From assembly GCF_016432865.1 (NCBI RefSeq), contig NC_067399.1, forward strand, positions 441,006,001-441,070,000: a stretch of 64,000 bases of DNA, given 5' to 3'. Origin of the DNA: Antechinus flavipes. Lineage: Eukaryota. This document shows, piece by piece, positions 45,731 through 58,765 of this stretch (position 1 is its first letter; every line of letters starts with the position of its first letter). The position numbers were made by a program, and so were the translations under genes. The notes under the pieces were generated by a model that saw only the letters and a list, made by a program, of their open reading frames with translations, was not told where the DNA came from and did not search any database.

Positions 45731-48700
45731 TTATGGAATTGAGAGGAAGATTTCTTACTCAGTGCCCTGGATATCTCTCCCCCTCTAGATTTCCTCGTCT
45801 TTGAAATGACAAAAGTTGGGGTAGGTGGTCTATAGAGGCTTCCTGTCTGTTAAAAGCAGCCTTTTGGGGATGCATTAGAAGGAACTAGACTGGTGACCCA
45901 GAGTACAATCATGAGAGGAGAGCTGTTCTTCAGAGGCCACGGGAATGGAAAGGAGGGAACTGATGAAAAGATAAATCAACAGCATTTGGTAACTTGGGGT
46001 GGGGAGTGCTTCAAGGACTCCAGACAAACAACCTAAGCCTCTTACAAATGTCTAGATGCAGCTTATATGCTGCAACAGCCTCTAGCTAAGACCTCAGCCT
46101 TTACTAATAATGGCTGTCCCTTTCTTTGAGGGTGCTTGTGCTTGAGTTTATACCAATGAACTCCTGCTAAAGGACTAGGAAAACTTCACGGGTCAAAGAA
46201 GAGAATACAAATCTCATATTCAGGGATTGTCAGAGCTGATAGGGTCTTAGGAGGCAGGTATACTATTCCATCCCTCTCATTTGACAGGAATGTGAAGTCC
46301 AGGTACCAAAAAGACTTGTACAAGGTCAAGGAGAAAATTGTTTCCATTTTGTTTCTCTTTTCTCTTCGAGGTTACATAATGATAGCAATCACATGACAGT
46401 GTACCTTATTAAGAGTTAGGCGGTATTACAGTCAGACACTTGAAAGAAACTAGCCCTGGGAATTAGGAAATCTGGCTTCTAGATCTGCTCTGCCATTAAT
46501 TCACTGTGTGACATTAGGTAGGTTAGAGAAGAGAAGGCTTGGGGGGTAAGGGATGTCATAAATAATCACTGTGTTCAAGTATTTCAACTGCCATTACATG
46601 GAAGAAGGGATCATTCTGCCTGGAATTGGGAAGAACAGAACTAAATAGTAGAAGACAGATTTTAGCATATATAGAAGCCATCCAAAAGTGGAAGGGCTGC
46701 TTGAGAGGAGGAGGGTGATCTCTATGACCAAAGATCTGCAGAAGGTGAATCAGGAGGTATTAAAGCTAGAATCCATGAACATTAAATACATATCTATAAT
46801 TTTACTTATATAGCTATATAGTATGTTTATTTCTGTAACTGTATTTTAATAAAAGTTTCCTTTGGGATGCCATGTATTTTATTTTTGCATTTAAAAATAT
46901 TCTGAGAAAGGATCCATAGGTATCACCAGACTTTCAGAGAGGTCCATTTCCTCCTATTTCAATGGGGTTATGAATTCCTATATTATTTAATAATTCTCAT
47001 TCACATAGTATAGGATAATTCCCATTCACATATATGTTAATAAATCTGATAATCCTGAAAGTCTCTTCCAGTTCTGAATTTCCTTGACTTTGAAGTCCTT
47101 CCTTGGACCTTGTTGCCTTATCTGTAAAATGGGACATTTGTTGATCTCTGAGATCTCCCTGGGTCTGACATTCTGTTTTCTTCCCCCTATCCTCCCACCC
47201 TTATCACAGAAAGTCTTCAGGTTGACATTTAAAGTCCTCTACAATCTGGTTCCCATCTACCTTCTGATTTCACATTACTTTCCCCCCCATTTACTCTCTC
47301 CTCCAGCTCTGTTATCCTGTGTTCTAAGGTCCACAACATCCTCCTCAGCTCTGACATTCTGTGTCTTGTACTTCAGAGATGGGCTGATCAAAAACTGCTT
47401 CTCTGAAGGAATGTGGAAGCTAATTTTTTCTAAACAGCAAATTTAGTAATAATTGTTTTGGATGGCATTTTCTCAATCTTTTTCATTAATCCTCCCCCCA
47501 AAAAATGTTATCCCCAATTTAATAGGGAGGAAACTAAATGCCCACAGAAACAGGAAGTGACTTGCCCAGAGTTAATATGACCACAGTTGGTGGCTCGACT
47601 AGGATAACAGCTCCCCACCAGTAACCATTTCCGGCTTGCTAGACCACGGGAATACCCACCAAAAGCTGCTTTCCTCTGCGCCGGTACTGTGTGAAGAGTT
47701 AGTACGCACCCTTCTAATTCCAGGGGGATAGACTGAAGTGTGACCAGATCTTAATTGGGGATGAAACATCATTTTCCATTTCCTTTAAATGATCCAGTGC
47801 ACATAGAATCTCTGAGCTGAAAAGGATTCTTCAGAGATCTCTTTGCTTTCCCTAACAGGAAGTTACCTGCTTTCTGCCAAAATTCAATTCAACAAATATT
47901 TTTAAATGCAGTTATTTAGTGCTGGGTTTACAAGAGAAAAAAGAAAATCTCCCGCCCTCAAGGATCTTAAAATGAGGTGGGAAACAGTAGGTATACCAGT
48001 AAGTATAAAATCATTTCTAAAGATGAGTCTGCTGATTGGGGAGGGGTGGAGAGATAAAAGTCAGGAAAGGCCTTGTGTAGAAGGTGGCACCTGAGCTATG
48101 CTTTGATGGACTCCTGTGTAGATGAGAAGGATGTTCTTTCCAGATGGAGAGGTACCATTGACTTTTTCAACAGGCCCCGAGGAGGAAGAGAGGATGTTGT
48201 ATATGGGTACAAACAACAGAATAACTTGATTGGAACTCGAGCAGAGTAAATGAGGGGGAGAGTAATGTGAAATCAGATTAGGAAGGTAGATGGGAACCAG
48301 ATTTGCAGAGTACTCCAAATGTCAACCTGAAGATTTTGATAATGAGTTCATTATCCCCTGGGAAAGCTATCTGTTCTCCAAACAGCTAAGTAGTGTAAAA
48401 ATCATCCCTGCCATTCCTTCCAGTTGGCCTGGGGTTCTCTGCTTTCTGGGGTCAAGAAAAACAAGCCTGTTACCCTTTCCTCAACAGTTCCAGAATTCAG
48501 GGAGCTACATCTTATTGGAAGGGTTTTTTGTTATTGTTTTAATAATTAGTTCACACCTCAGCCAGGAAGGCACTGCATTGGAGGGTGTTAAGTTGAACAG
48601 GTAGAGGTTATCTCCCCCATCATCCTCCCAATGGATGAAGAAACTAGTATTCAGCAAGGAGAAAGGACTCCCCAAGGTCATATAGTTAGGACAGAGCTGG

Positions 48701-49204
48701 GTCGCTATCCTGGCTCTCCATTCTGCAGTAATTATTTGCATTATCCCACCCTAACTTTGCAGATTAGATTTCATATAGGGTCTTAGGACTCAGTGATGAC
48801 TAAGAAGCATAGTATCCAGCCTGAGTTCTTCCCTCACTGCTGTCTTTGCCTGAAGTACCTTCCCTTTAAGTCCTACCTTCTTCCCCATCTTCCTCCAAAT
48901 CTACACCTCCCTTTTCCCCTTCCAGTCGCCTTATACTCTTCTAGTCCAGGCTGCTTCTAGTCTGCAGTGATGTCCTCCAGTGCTTTAAATCATACCTTGC
49001 CTTATGTTGTTTTTTATACAAATCACACTGTCCTCCAAACCTCAGTTTCCTTGACTGAACTTTCCACCAGCTTTCATTAAACACCTATAATGTGCAAGAC
49101 CCTGGGCTCCATGCCAAAAATACAAGGATAAATGACAGACTTTGTCCCCATTAGTGAACCATCTCATTGGAGGAGAAAAGTAAATAACTTTAAGAAAGGG
49201 AGTG

Positions 49205-49950
49205 ACAAAGGGCTATCAAATCGTGCATACCCTTTGATCCAGCAATATCTCTACTGGGTTGGTATCCCAAAGAGATCATAAAGGAGGGAATAGGACCCAC
49301 ATGTGCAAAAATGTTTATAGCAGCTTTTTTTTGTAGTGACAAAGAACTGGAAACTGAGTGGATGCCCAACAGTCGAGGAAGGGCTGAAGAAGTTATATAA
49401 GTGTTATGGGATATTATTGTTCTATATTCTATATATTGTTCTATAAGAAATGACCAGCAGCATGATTTCAGAAAGGCCTAGAGAGACTTACATGAACTGA
49501 TGCTAAGTTAAATGAGCAGAACCAAGAGAACATTGTAAATAGTAACAACAAGATTGTGCTATGATCAGTTCTGATGGAAGTGGCTCTTTTCAACAGTGAA
49601 GTGATTCAGACCAATTCTAGACTTGTGATGGAGAGAGCCTTCTGCATCCAGAGAGAGGGCTGTGGGGACTGAAGGTGGATCACAGCATAGTATTTTCACT
49701 TTTTATTGTTTGCTTGCTTTTTATTTTCTCATTTTTCCTCTTTTTTGATCTGACTTTTCTTGTGTAGCATGGTAAATGTGGGGAAATATGTATATAAGAA
49801 TTATACTTGTTTAACATATATTAGATTGCTTGCTTGCTAGGGGACAGAGGAAGGAGGGGAGAAAAATTTGGAACACAAGATTTTGCAAGGGTGAATGTTA
49901 AAAACTATCTTTGCAAAAATTGTGAAAATAAAAAGCTATTATTTTTTAAG
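49205..49950 (+). mobile_element. L1 ORF2 C-terminus plus full 3' UTR
   Basis: Hand translation AIKSCIPFDPAISLLGWYPKEIIKEGIGPTCAKMFIAAFFVVTKNWKLSGCPT matches the L1 ORF2 C-terminal motif. Ends aataaaaagctattatt. Confidence 0.85.
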
Positions 49951-50394
49951 GGAGGGACAGAATTAGCTGAAATTGAATAAAAACTCACCTAATATTGTTC
50001 TAGAGCTAGAGAGAGGAGGATACAGAACAGGGATAAAAGAATAGTTCAGTTTGTCTTAAACTAGAATAAATAGTCATAGGTTCAATTTGGAGTCAGATTG
50101 TAGAAGTTCTTGAATGCCAGGATCACTAGTCTATATCATTCAAACATTCAAGATATTAAGTGTCTTCAATGTTTGAGGTACTGTGGTTGACAATAAAATT
50201 TAGAAAGATAGAAATAGTCCTTACTTTCAGGGAGCTTATATTCCAATGGGGAAAACTGTACTGTCCATGTAACCACAAAATGATAGAGGGAGAAGATGCT
50301 AGTAGTAGTAATTGGTGATACCAGAAAAGACTTTTGTATAGAAGGTAGTACTTGAGGGTTTTTTTTCTTTTTAGGATTTTTGGGGTTTTTAATA

Positions 50395-50880
50395 TATATT
50401 TTTTTTAATTTTGAGTTCTAAGTTTTCTCCCTCCCTTCAGCCCATCCTCCACCCCCTGAGAAGACAAGGCAAACAGAATAAACACTCTTTGTACATATAA
50501 AGTCATGTAAAACATTTCCATTTTACCTATGTTATAAAGAATGAAAATGAAAAAAATACATTTATGTGTATATGTATTTGCTTCATTCTGTGTCCAGAGT
50601 TCATTGGTTCTCTCTCTAGAGCATTTTTTCCTTATGAGACATTTATAATTGTCTTGAATCATTATATTGATCAGAATAGCTAAATCTTCCACTGTTGATA
50701 GTCAAAATATTGCTTTTCTGTACAGTGTTCTCCTGGTTCTACTCATATCAGTCTTCTCAAGTTTTTCTAAAAATCTTTTCATTTTTTAATAGCATTATAG
50801 TATTCCATCCATCACAGTCTCATCACGGCTTGTTTAGTCATTCTCTAATTAATGGGCAGCTTCTCAATATCTGATTCTTT
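50395..50880 (-). mobile_element. L1 3' UTR fragment
   Basis: ttaattttgagttc...catgtaaaacatttcc...ttgtcttgaatcattatattgatcagaatagc. Confidence 0.7.
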
Positions 50881-53719
50881 GTGGCATTTGAGGCTTGAAA
50901 TAAAAAAGGAATTCCAGAAGGCTGAGATGATGGAGAAAGTGTATTTTCAGCACAAAGAACAAGCCAGTGAGGGCTAGAGGAAATGGAATGAACTGTCAAG
51001 GAGGCTAATTTGATCTGTCCCTGTGGATTGGGACCAGATTGTAAAGGACTTTTTATGCCAGAGGTAATTTTTGATCAAGTCCATGGAAAGCCACTGGAGG
51101 TTGAATACAACAGTGACATATCAGACCTGCACATTAGGGGAAACGATTTTGTTGGTCATGTGGAGGGTAATTTTTTAGTTGGGTAAAAACTTGAGGTAGG
51201 GAGACCAGTTATAAGAACTAGGTGAGAGAGGATGGTTTGCACTCTTAGAAGCAGTTGTATGAGTAAAGAGAAGGCACCAGTCGCCAAAGATGTTATGAGA
51301 TAGGAAAAACAAGATCTGTCAGCTGTTTGGATGAGTGAGAGAAGAGTGAAGGTTGCCACGGAGGTCCCAATCGTGGCTGAGGGACTGGAAGGATGATGAT
51401 GCTCTGGGCAGAAATGGGGAGTTAAGAAGAAGTCTGGGTCTGGAATGAAAATAACGAATTCTCATTTGGACAAGTTGAACTGGAGATATTTATGGGGCAT
51501 CCAGTTTGAAATGGCCAGTAGGCAGTGAGTTGGTAATGAAGGCTCAGCTGCTTTATTTGGTAGTCAATAAAGAACAGATAAAAGTTTTGAATACATTAGG
51601 AAGATTTTAGTAGAGTCAGATGACAGAAGAAATAGAACAGTGAATGGGAGCTCAATTAGGAAGCTGTTAGAATAGCTTAATATAATAATGTGCAGTTCAC
51701 ATAAATGAATTGTTACTCTTTAGCTTAGTGAAAGAAAGCCGTGTTTTTCCAACTAGATGGTAAGGTCCTTCTGGATTCTGATTTGGGCTTACATTGGGGG
51801 AAAGGAAGAGCTTAGTGTTTGTTAAATGTTGGAACAGGGTGGTTCTGAGAAGAATCTTGAGGGAGTGTTGGAGGGGAGGGATTGGGCCAAGAGTAGTGAA
51901 AGAAAGGTCTAAAAGCTCATTATATTTGGTAAGTATAGCCAGCTGGGCGGAAGTCAGCTGAAGAGCGCAGACAGGGAATGGGGGAAGAGAAGGAGACAGG
52001 GCACCTTGTAGGGTCCCTTGTAGGAGGCTGCTTTCTTGATTCAGCATCTCCCCAGCCCTGAGCCTTTAACAAAATCGAAAGTAGGTGGCCCGGGAGGAAG
52101 TATCCTGGCCCCGCCCCAGCTGGCTCGGACTGCTTTGTATCCGGTTCTGGGGTTGGGGCTCAGGCTCCTGGGATTGGTCCCTCTGAGCATAGTCTTAAAC
52201 GATAGGTTGGGTGGAGTGTTTTGCCTGTCCAGAGACTCTGGTGGAAACAGGTGCTGCCTTGTTCCCAGGGTTGGGGAGCCAGGCAGTCTGGCAACCTGAT
52301 GGTTAAATGTGCTTGAGAGACTGGCTGAAGGCGTGGCTGCCAGGAGCCAGGAGGGCACAGGTGTGGGCGGCTTGCCTGGCAGGCCTTTTAAACCTCAGCC
52401 CAGCTAGACTACCTTATGCCTTTGTCTGACAGTGCTGGTGGGGGCTGTGGGATCCTCACATGGAGCCTGGGTCTCTGATCTCCCCTCCCCAAAGGTAAGA
52501 TGCCACTTTATCCCTAACGGGTCCGACTCTCCCCTACCCAATTTTTCCTTGCTGGTGTCACTTTAGCTCTAACCTTTGGGGGATCACGCTATGTAAAGCT
52601 AGAAAGGACCCTGGTGATCATCTGTCTCCCACGAAATTTTAGCTACAGCTTAACTGAGGGTTTTCTCTAGAGACCTTCTGGTTGAATCCTCTCATTTTGT
52701 GATTGAGAGAACTGAAGGCCACAGGGAAATGACATACCCTCAAGGTCACATGAGTTGCAGAGACCAGGATTCAGATCCAAAGCTCTTTGGCTTCATATGC
52801 AAAGCTCTTTTCATCTCAGCCAATTTCTTCTCAAACAGCAGACAGGCAGCTTTCCTAGTCAGATTGGATATCCATCTTTTGTGGGACTTTCTCCTCTTTT
52901 GGCAAGGATCATAAGACTTGTTTTACCTGAGGATTAAGTTTTCGGGTAGCTATTATTTAAGCAGCTTTTCTCTTCTCCAGTTCCCATTTTTCTCGGTTCC
53001 TTTTTTAAGGAAACTCCCAGGGTTGCCAGAGTCTGTTGTAAGTTCCTATATGAGTTGGCGCCGGATTTTCCCCAGCTGGCTCAGGTACCAGCCATTCCCT
53101 GGAGTTTACTCAGCCATTCAGACCTTGCCAGAGAGTAACTTCAGACAGGCTCCCCATTTCAGCCTAATGCTGGGACCACCTAGGGGTTGGTGACAGAATC
53201 CTAGATTCCAGGAGGTACATGGAAGGAGCTTCAAGGGCATTGCGCTCTTGTTGTGTCTGAGCAAGAAATCTTTCTTTAGGTATCCCAGAATAATCAGGTT
53301 ATCACCTCAGTGCACATCCCTCTGTTCTTCTCAGTGGGGAGTAATAATTAGAAAGTGTGGGAATGATGGAAAGATCAGTGTCCTGCAAGCTGAAGCCTGG
53401 ATCTTATTCCTGGTTCTACCACTGATTTTTCATGTGGCTTTGGAACAAATCCTATTCCTAAATGACTTGGTTTCCTGGCCTCATAAAATAGGAGAGGCTA
53501 GATTGGTTGATATCTGGGGTCCCATCCCGCTCTGGTTTGTGATTTCATTCTTGCAAATCTCTAATTTGTCTTGAGACTATGTAGTGCAGTGGGCAGCACT
53601 GGATTTATAGTTTGATGCCTGTAATTCTGCTATTTATTAGCTATGAGATCTTGGTCACAGAAAGTTGGACACGCCTGAGCAACTCAACAACAACAGCAAC
53701 AAAAACCAAGGAGTTGGGG

Positions 53720-53918
53720 CTGTCCAGTGTCAAACACTGGCCCTACCCAGGGCTCGATGAATCAGTTTAATATGTAATTGAGAAATAGTTAATAAAATAA
53801 ATAAAAATACAGTGGAACATAAATGATCTTAATGTGTCTGTTTCTAAGTCAGTATTACAGTCTGGGGATCTTAATGAGTGGTTGAGCACATTTGTTTCTA
53901 TTAGGATTTGACACCACT
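53720..53918. mobile_element. Old hAT-type MITE
   Basis: Begins ccagtgtcaaac and ends gatttgacaccactg (imperfect TIRs). Body is similar to 7365-7497. Confidence 0.55.
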
Positions 53919-54680
53919 GTATAATGAATAGCATGAATAAAGTCCAAGACTTAGAATTAGACAAACCAGTGATTCACATAACATAATTCTAGAGCCTGGA
54001 AAACTACACTAGCTTCTACCTTGTTTGTTTGGGGGCAGAAAGACACTACTGTGGAGAGAGAGGAAGAGAGGGAGGAAGAAAAAAAAAAACTGGGCACTAA
54101 TTGCTTTAGTGAGAAGCAGCATAGTGTGGTGTTTAACATAAGTAAAATTCAAGACTTGAAATTGGGCAGACCCAGATTCAAATCCTCCCTCTTGATATAT
54201 TTACTAATTTAGGAGGTCATAGACAAGTCATTTAGCTTATTTGAGCCTCAGTGAACTCATCTCTATATATTTTTTGAGGTTCAAAAGGATTTTTATGAGG
54301 TTCAAATGAAGTCATGGATTTAAAGTACTTCATAAGTTTTAAAATACTATATAAATGACATTATTCTTGCCCACATTACCTGATTAAATCTGACAGTGAG
54401 ACAGACCTTATCTTCTTAAGTGCTACTGGAATGGGAAAAAAGGCCAATTTCAGCCAGTATAAGGAAGAGTTTCCTAATAATTAGAGCTTTCCTATAGTGG
54501 AAAGGTTGCCTTAATATAAGTAATAAATTCTCTTTCACTAATTACTCTTACTCATGCTTAAATATTCAGGAATAATGCCCTCCCTATCTTGGGGCAATCT
54601 GGTATTAAAGGTATATAGTGTGGATTGCATTTTCATATTCATAGAAAAGTACATGAGCAAGCACTATATAAATGCTTAGG

Positions 54681-54683
<3 letters not shown>

Positions 54684-54714
<31 letters not shown>
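54684..54714 (+). repeat. (TG)n microsatellite
   Basis: Read directly from the sequence. Confidence 0.95.
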
Positions 54715-54717
<3 letters not shown>

Positions 54718-54764
54718 TTAATTGTTATGCGTCAAGTCTTTGCTTGTAGTCACCTGATCACAAT

Positions 54765-55020
54765 TTCCATCATTGGTATCAAGTTGATCCATTTGTTGTT
54801 CAGCCATTTTCAGTGATGTCCAACTCATGATCCTAGTTGGGATTTTCTTGGCAAGGATATTGGAGTAGTTTGCCATTTCTTTCTCTAGTTCATTTTGACA
54901 GATGAGGAAACTGGGGTAAACAGGGTAAAGTGACTTACTCAGAGTCACACAGCCAGCAGTATCTGAGGCTGGATTTAAAGTCAGAAAGATGAGTCTTCCA
55001 GACTGCATTGCCCAGCACGC
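54765..55020 (-). mobile_element. Mar1-like SINE
   Basis: gttgttcagccattttcag...gggattttcttggcaaggatattggagtagtttgccatttc...gagtcacacagccagcagtatctgaggctggattt. Confidence 0.75.
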
Positions 55021-56865
55021 TAGCCAATACTCCACAAATAGCAAAGATGATTTTTTAGTGGGAAGATAGATATAAAATATTGATTAACATTGTACTGGTA
55101 GCTCACGTTTATATAGTGTTTTCAAGTTTGCAAAGTGTTGGCCCATTTGATTCCACCATCCAGTGAAGTGTTTCAGATATTACTAGCCCCATTTTATAGA
55201 TAAGAAAAAAAAAACAGCAGCCTTAGAAAATGACATGACTTGTTCAGTGTCGTGTAGTTAAGTTTTAGAGGCACGATTTGAGTTCAGGTCTTTTGAATCC
55301 ATCGCTCTCCCCACTATGTAGTGGAGCTGCCTCTGTAATGATAATCATATTTAGAGATAAAAAGATAGGGTATTTCCATGGCCCCTCTCCAAAGCCATCT
55401 ATGCTCAATGGAGTAAAATATTTCCAAAGTGATTCTATTTAATGAACAAAATTTGAAGCAGTCTGTGAAAATACTTCCCCCTCGGTCATTTTATATTCTA
55501 ATTCAGAGTCTACACAATGAAAAGCAACCTCTATATTAGATTATATTCCTGGTCAAACCATTTGATAAATCATTGATTTATTGTCTTTGGCTCAACCAAG
55601 TACCTTCACTTCTAGGATATCAGAGTTGCCAAGAACTTCTGGCAGCAACTTGTCCTATCTGTACCTAAAAAAGAATGCCCTCTACTGCATCCTTAACAAA
55701 GTCAACTAGGTTCTGCATGAATACCTTCATGGAAGGGGAGCTCACTTCCTTTTATGTCAGGCCATTCCACTTGTGTAAAGCTCCAGCTCTGCTCTCAGAT
55801 TCCAAGAGAGTTTGCCCCCTTGATCCTGCTTATGAATGAACAAACTATTGCTCAAGCTTCAGTCTTTAGACCAGGCTGAGAGGTGGCCCTCATTACCCTA
55901 TTGTGCAGTAGACAGCAAGATGTGTGCTGATGTCACAGACCTTTGAGATACCCCCCAGGGGCTTTGGCCAAAAAAAAAAAACAAAACCAAACTCCTGGTT
56001 TTGGGGGGAGACAGTCATTGTGGACTGGAAGACCATCTTAAAAGAGGCAGTCTTTCCTGGAGAAAGAAAGTCTAAAAGGTAAAATTCTACTAGCAATCTT
56101 TTAGGAAATGTTTAAGTACAAAGCTCAGTCTTTGGGGCAAGATTATTTTTAAAAATGATAGTTTGGGGCACACCCTACATTCTTCCCCAATAGCCTATCA
56201 GAATACTCATAGAAATGGCTTTACTACACCTGGAAAGAGCCCTCAATTGTAAATTGTAAAGATCTTTTCCTGTTTCTCTGGTTCGGGAAGTAAAGTTTGT
56301 GTTACTGATCTCAATGGACTCAGTGCTTGCAGACTGTCTCTGCAGAAAAGTCCAGACACTTGCTGGGTAAGCCAGGCCCCTATGAGAAGAAGGCTCTGGG
56401 GAGAATGAAGACTGCCACAGGTGACCCCATTTGCTGAATCGATTGCTCCAGCATCCTCCAAAAAGACAGTTTAATAATGTAATGGTGGTATGCTCCCCTT
56501 TCCCCGCAACGGGTTCAGTAGAGAGAAGTCTAGATTCATAGTTTATCATAATTAAATCTTTAAACCAACCTCCTCATCACTGGGGGAAACTTGAGATCCA
56601 GAGTGGAGTTATGTTTCTCAGTATGTCCATTTATTAATATCAGGCCTAAGGCTGATAACATTGTACTCTCCCCTTTTTTTACTTTCCCTTCTATTCCACA
56701 CACCTCCCTCCCTTAAAGTTTGGGATATCTTCTAAAGCCGGAGGACAGGGGAAGGAGGAGGTATACTCGGTGAACCACTGTCTTGTGAACCAAAGATCCA
56801 TCAGTTTCCCTATCTGGAGGCAACAGAATATATGTGAATATGATCAGAATTAAAACCCCAGTCTT

Positions 56866-57240
56866 AATTCCTTAAAAAAAATTCTTTAACTACATTTCCC
56901 CCAAACTGTATGTAGAACTCTTTTAGTCCTGCCTAGTGGGAGAAGAATCTTAATTAATGCTATTGGTATTTCTCCCACTCCCTTAACATGCAATATTAAA
57001 GTAAGTAACAGAGGGAACACTGGCTTGGAAGACTTTATACAAATTTAAACCCCAGCACAATTCCTTTAAAAAAATTTTTAAACTATATTTTATCCAAATT
57101 GTTGATAAAACTCTGTTGCCCTTCCTAGTGGGACCAGAATAGAAGAATCTTAATTAATACTGGGGGTATTTCTCCCAGTCTCTTAACATAAAATATCAAA
57201 GTGGATAACACTGACTTTGGAGAACTTAATACAAACTGGT
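56866..57240 (+). repeat. Diverged tandem duplication, unit ~192-193 bp
   Basis: Two units starting aattcct(t)taaaaaaa at 56866 and 57059. Both contain cctagtggga...agaagaatcttaattaat...ggtatttctccca...ttaacat...aacactg...tacaaa. Confidence 0.85.
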
Positions 57241-58389
57241 CTCCAGCCCATACATAATACTGCACCTGTGCCACCTAAAGTGAATGCATTCAGACACCAT
57301 TTTCTTCATTCTATAAATTGAATGAGATGATTGGACTAGATTGACCTTTTCTAAATTCTCTTTAAGCCCCAAATCTCTGATTCCTCGTGGTTTCCTAGGC
57401 TAGAACTCTTTCTGTCACAGCCTGCTGTCCTCCAGGTCTAAGCTTTTCAATTGGGAGGGTGAAGGCAAAATATTGGGCCCTAGGCAGTGCTGGAATGAGA
57501 GAAAGAAGAAGGCTGGAGAATAATCCCATTTCTCACATTTCTGTAGTGCTTTAAAGTTTACAGAATGTTCTCCCCATCACAATCCTGTAAAATTGGCCAC
57601 ATGAGACCATAATAATACCCGTATAGAAGTAAAAAAGCCAAGATACAGATACTCAAAGAGGTTGTGAACTGTGGGGGTCAGGGCTTGATAATTGTACCCA
57701 GCTCTCCTGGCTCCTAAGCCAATCACTGGGTTTCCCCTCCTCCCATTTTTATTTTCATTGCTATATTTGGTTTGCCTTATCCTACATTTCTTAATATTTC
57801 CCTCTTCTATTCATCAAATACCTCCCTTTTGATAAAAATTACACAAAAAGGAGAAAGCAGTTGAGTAAACAAACTTTATTATCAGCCTTTATACAGTGTG
57901 TGCACAATCTCCACAGTGAAGGAAAGAAGGTACATCTAAGGCAGAACTTTCTAAAATTAAGCTGAAAATAAAAAAGAAATGGCATGGACTGCCTGGGGAA
58001 TCTGAGCCCTCCAAGCATAGCTATCTTAATAAAGATGCTATTGAATTGAAAGTTATGAGCTGTTAAAGATAGGTTGTCATTCAGATGATTCTCTGAGAGT
58101 ATAATAATAATAGAATGATTGTAAAAACCTGGGAACCAGGAAATGTCCTTTCTTGGCACTAACTCAAGTTCTTTCTCTGGGCCTCAGTTTCTCCCTTGTA
58201 AAATGAGGATTGGACAAAATGATTTTTAAGGAACATTCCAGCTCTGATCTTATCCATTTTTAACAGATATTTGAAAGGGACGGAAGGGCCACATTTCCTG
58301 ACCTATTATTCCGAAAGGTTTATCCACTATTTTGTGCTTTCTGGAGAGCAGACTCTCAAAGGTAAAAGCTTTAGAAATGCCCTTTCTAT

Positions 58390-58765
58390 TCCTTTCTAAA
58401 AACTTGGCTTTAACTGATACAAAGTGAAATGAGCAGAACCAGGAGAACCTTGTACACCGTAACCAGCAGTATTGTAAAATGGTCAGCTCTGAATAATTGA
58501 GCCATTCTCAGCAATACAATGATCCTAAACAATTCCAAGGGATTCATGATGACAGATTCTATCCACTTGCAGAGAAAGAACTGATGGAGTCTGAGTGTAG
58601 ATCAAAGCATACATTTTTACACTTTATTTTTCTGTGTGTCTTTAGCACTCTGGCTATATGGAAGTATGTTTTGCATGATTGCACATCTGTAATCTATATT
58701 AAATTGCTTGCCTTCTTAAGGAGGGAGGGAAAAAAGAGTTTGGAATTCAATTTTAAAAAAAGTTA
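58390..58765 (+). mobile_element. L1 3' fragment
   Basis: gatacaaagtgaaatgagcagaaccaggagaacc...gccattctcagcaatacaatgatc...gtagatcaaagcatac. Confidence 0.75.
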
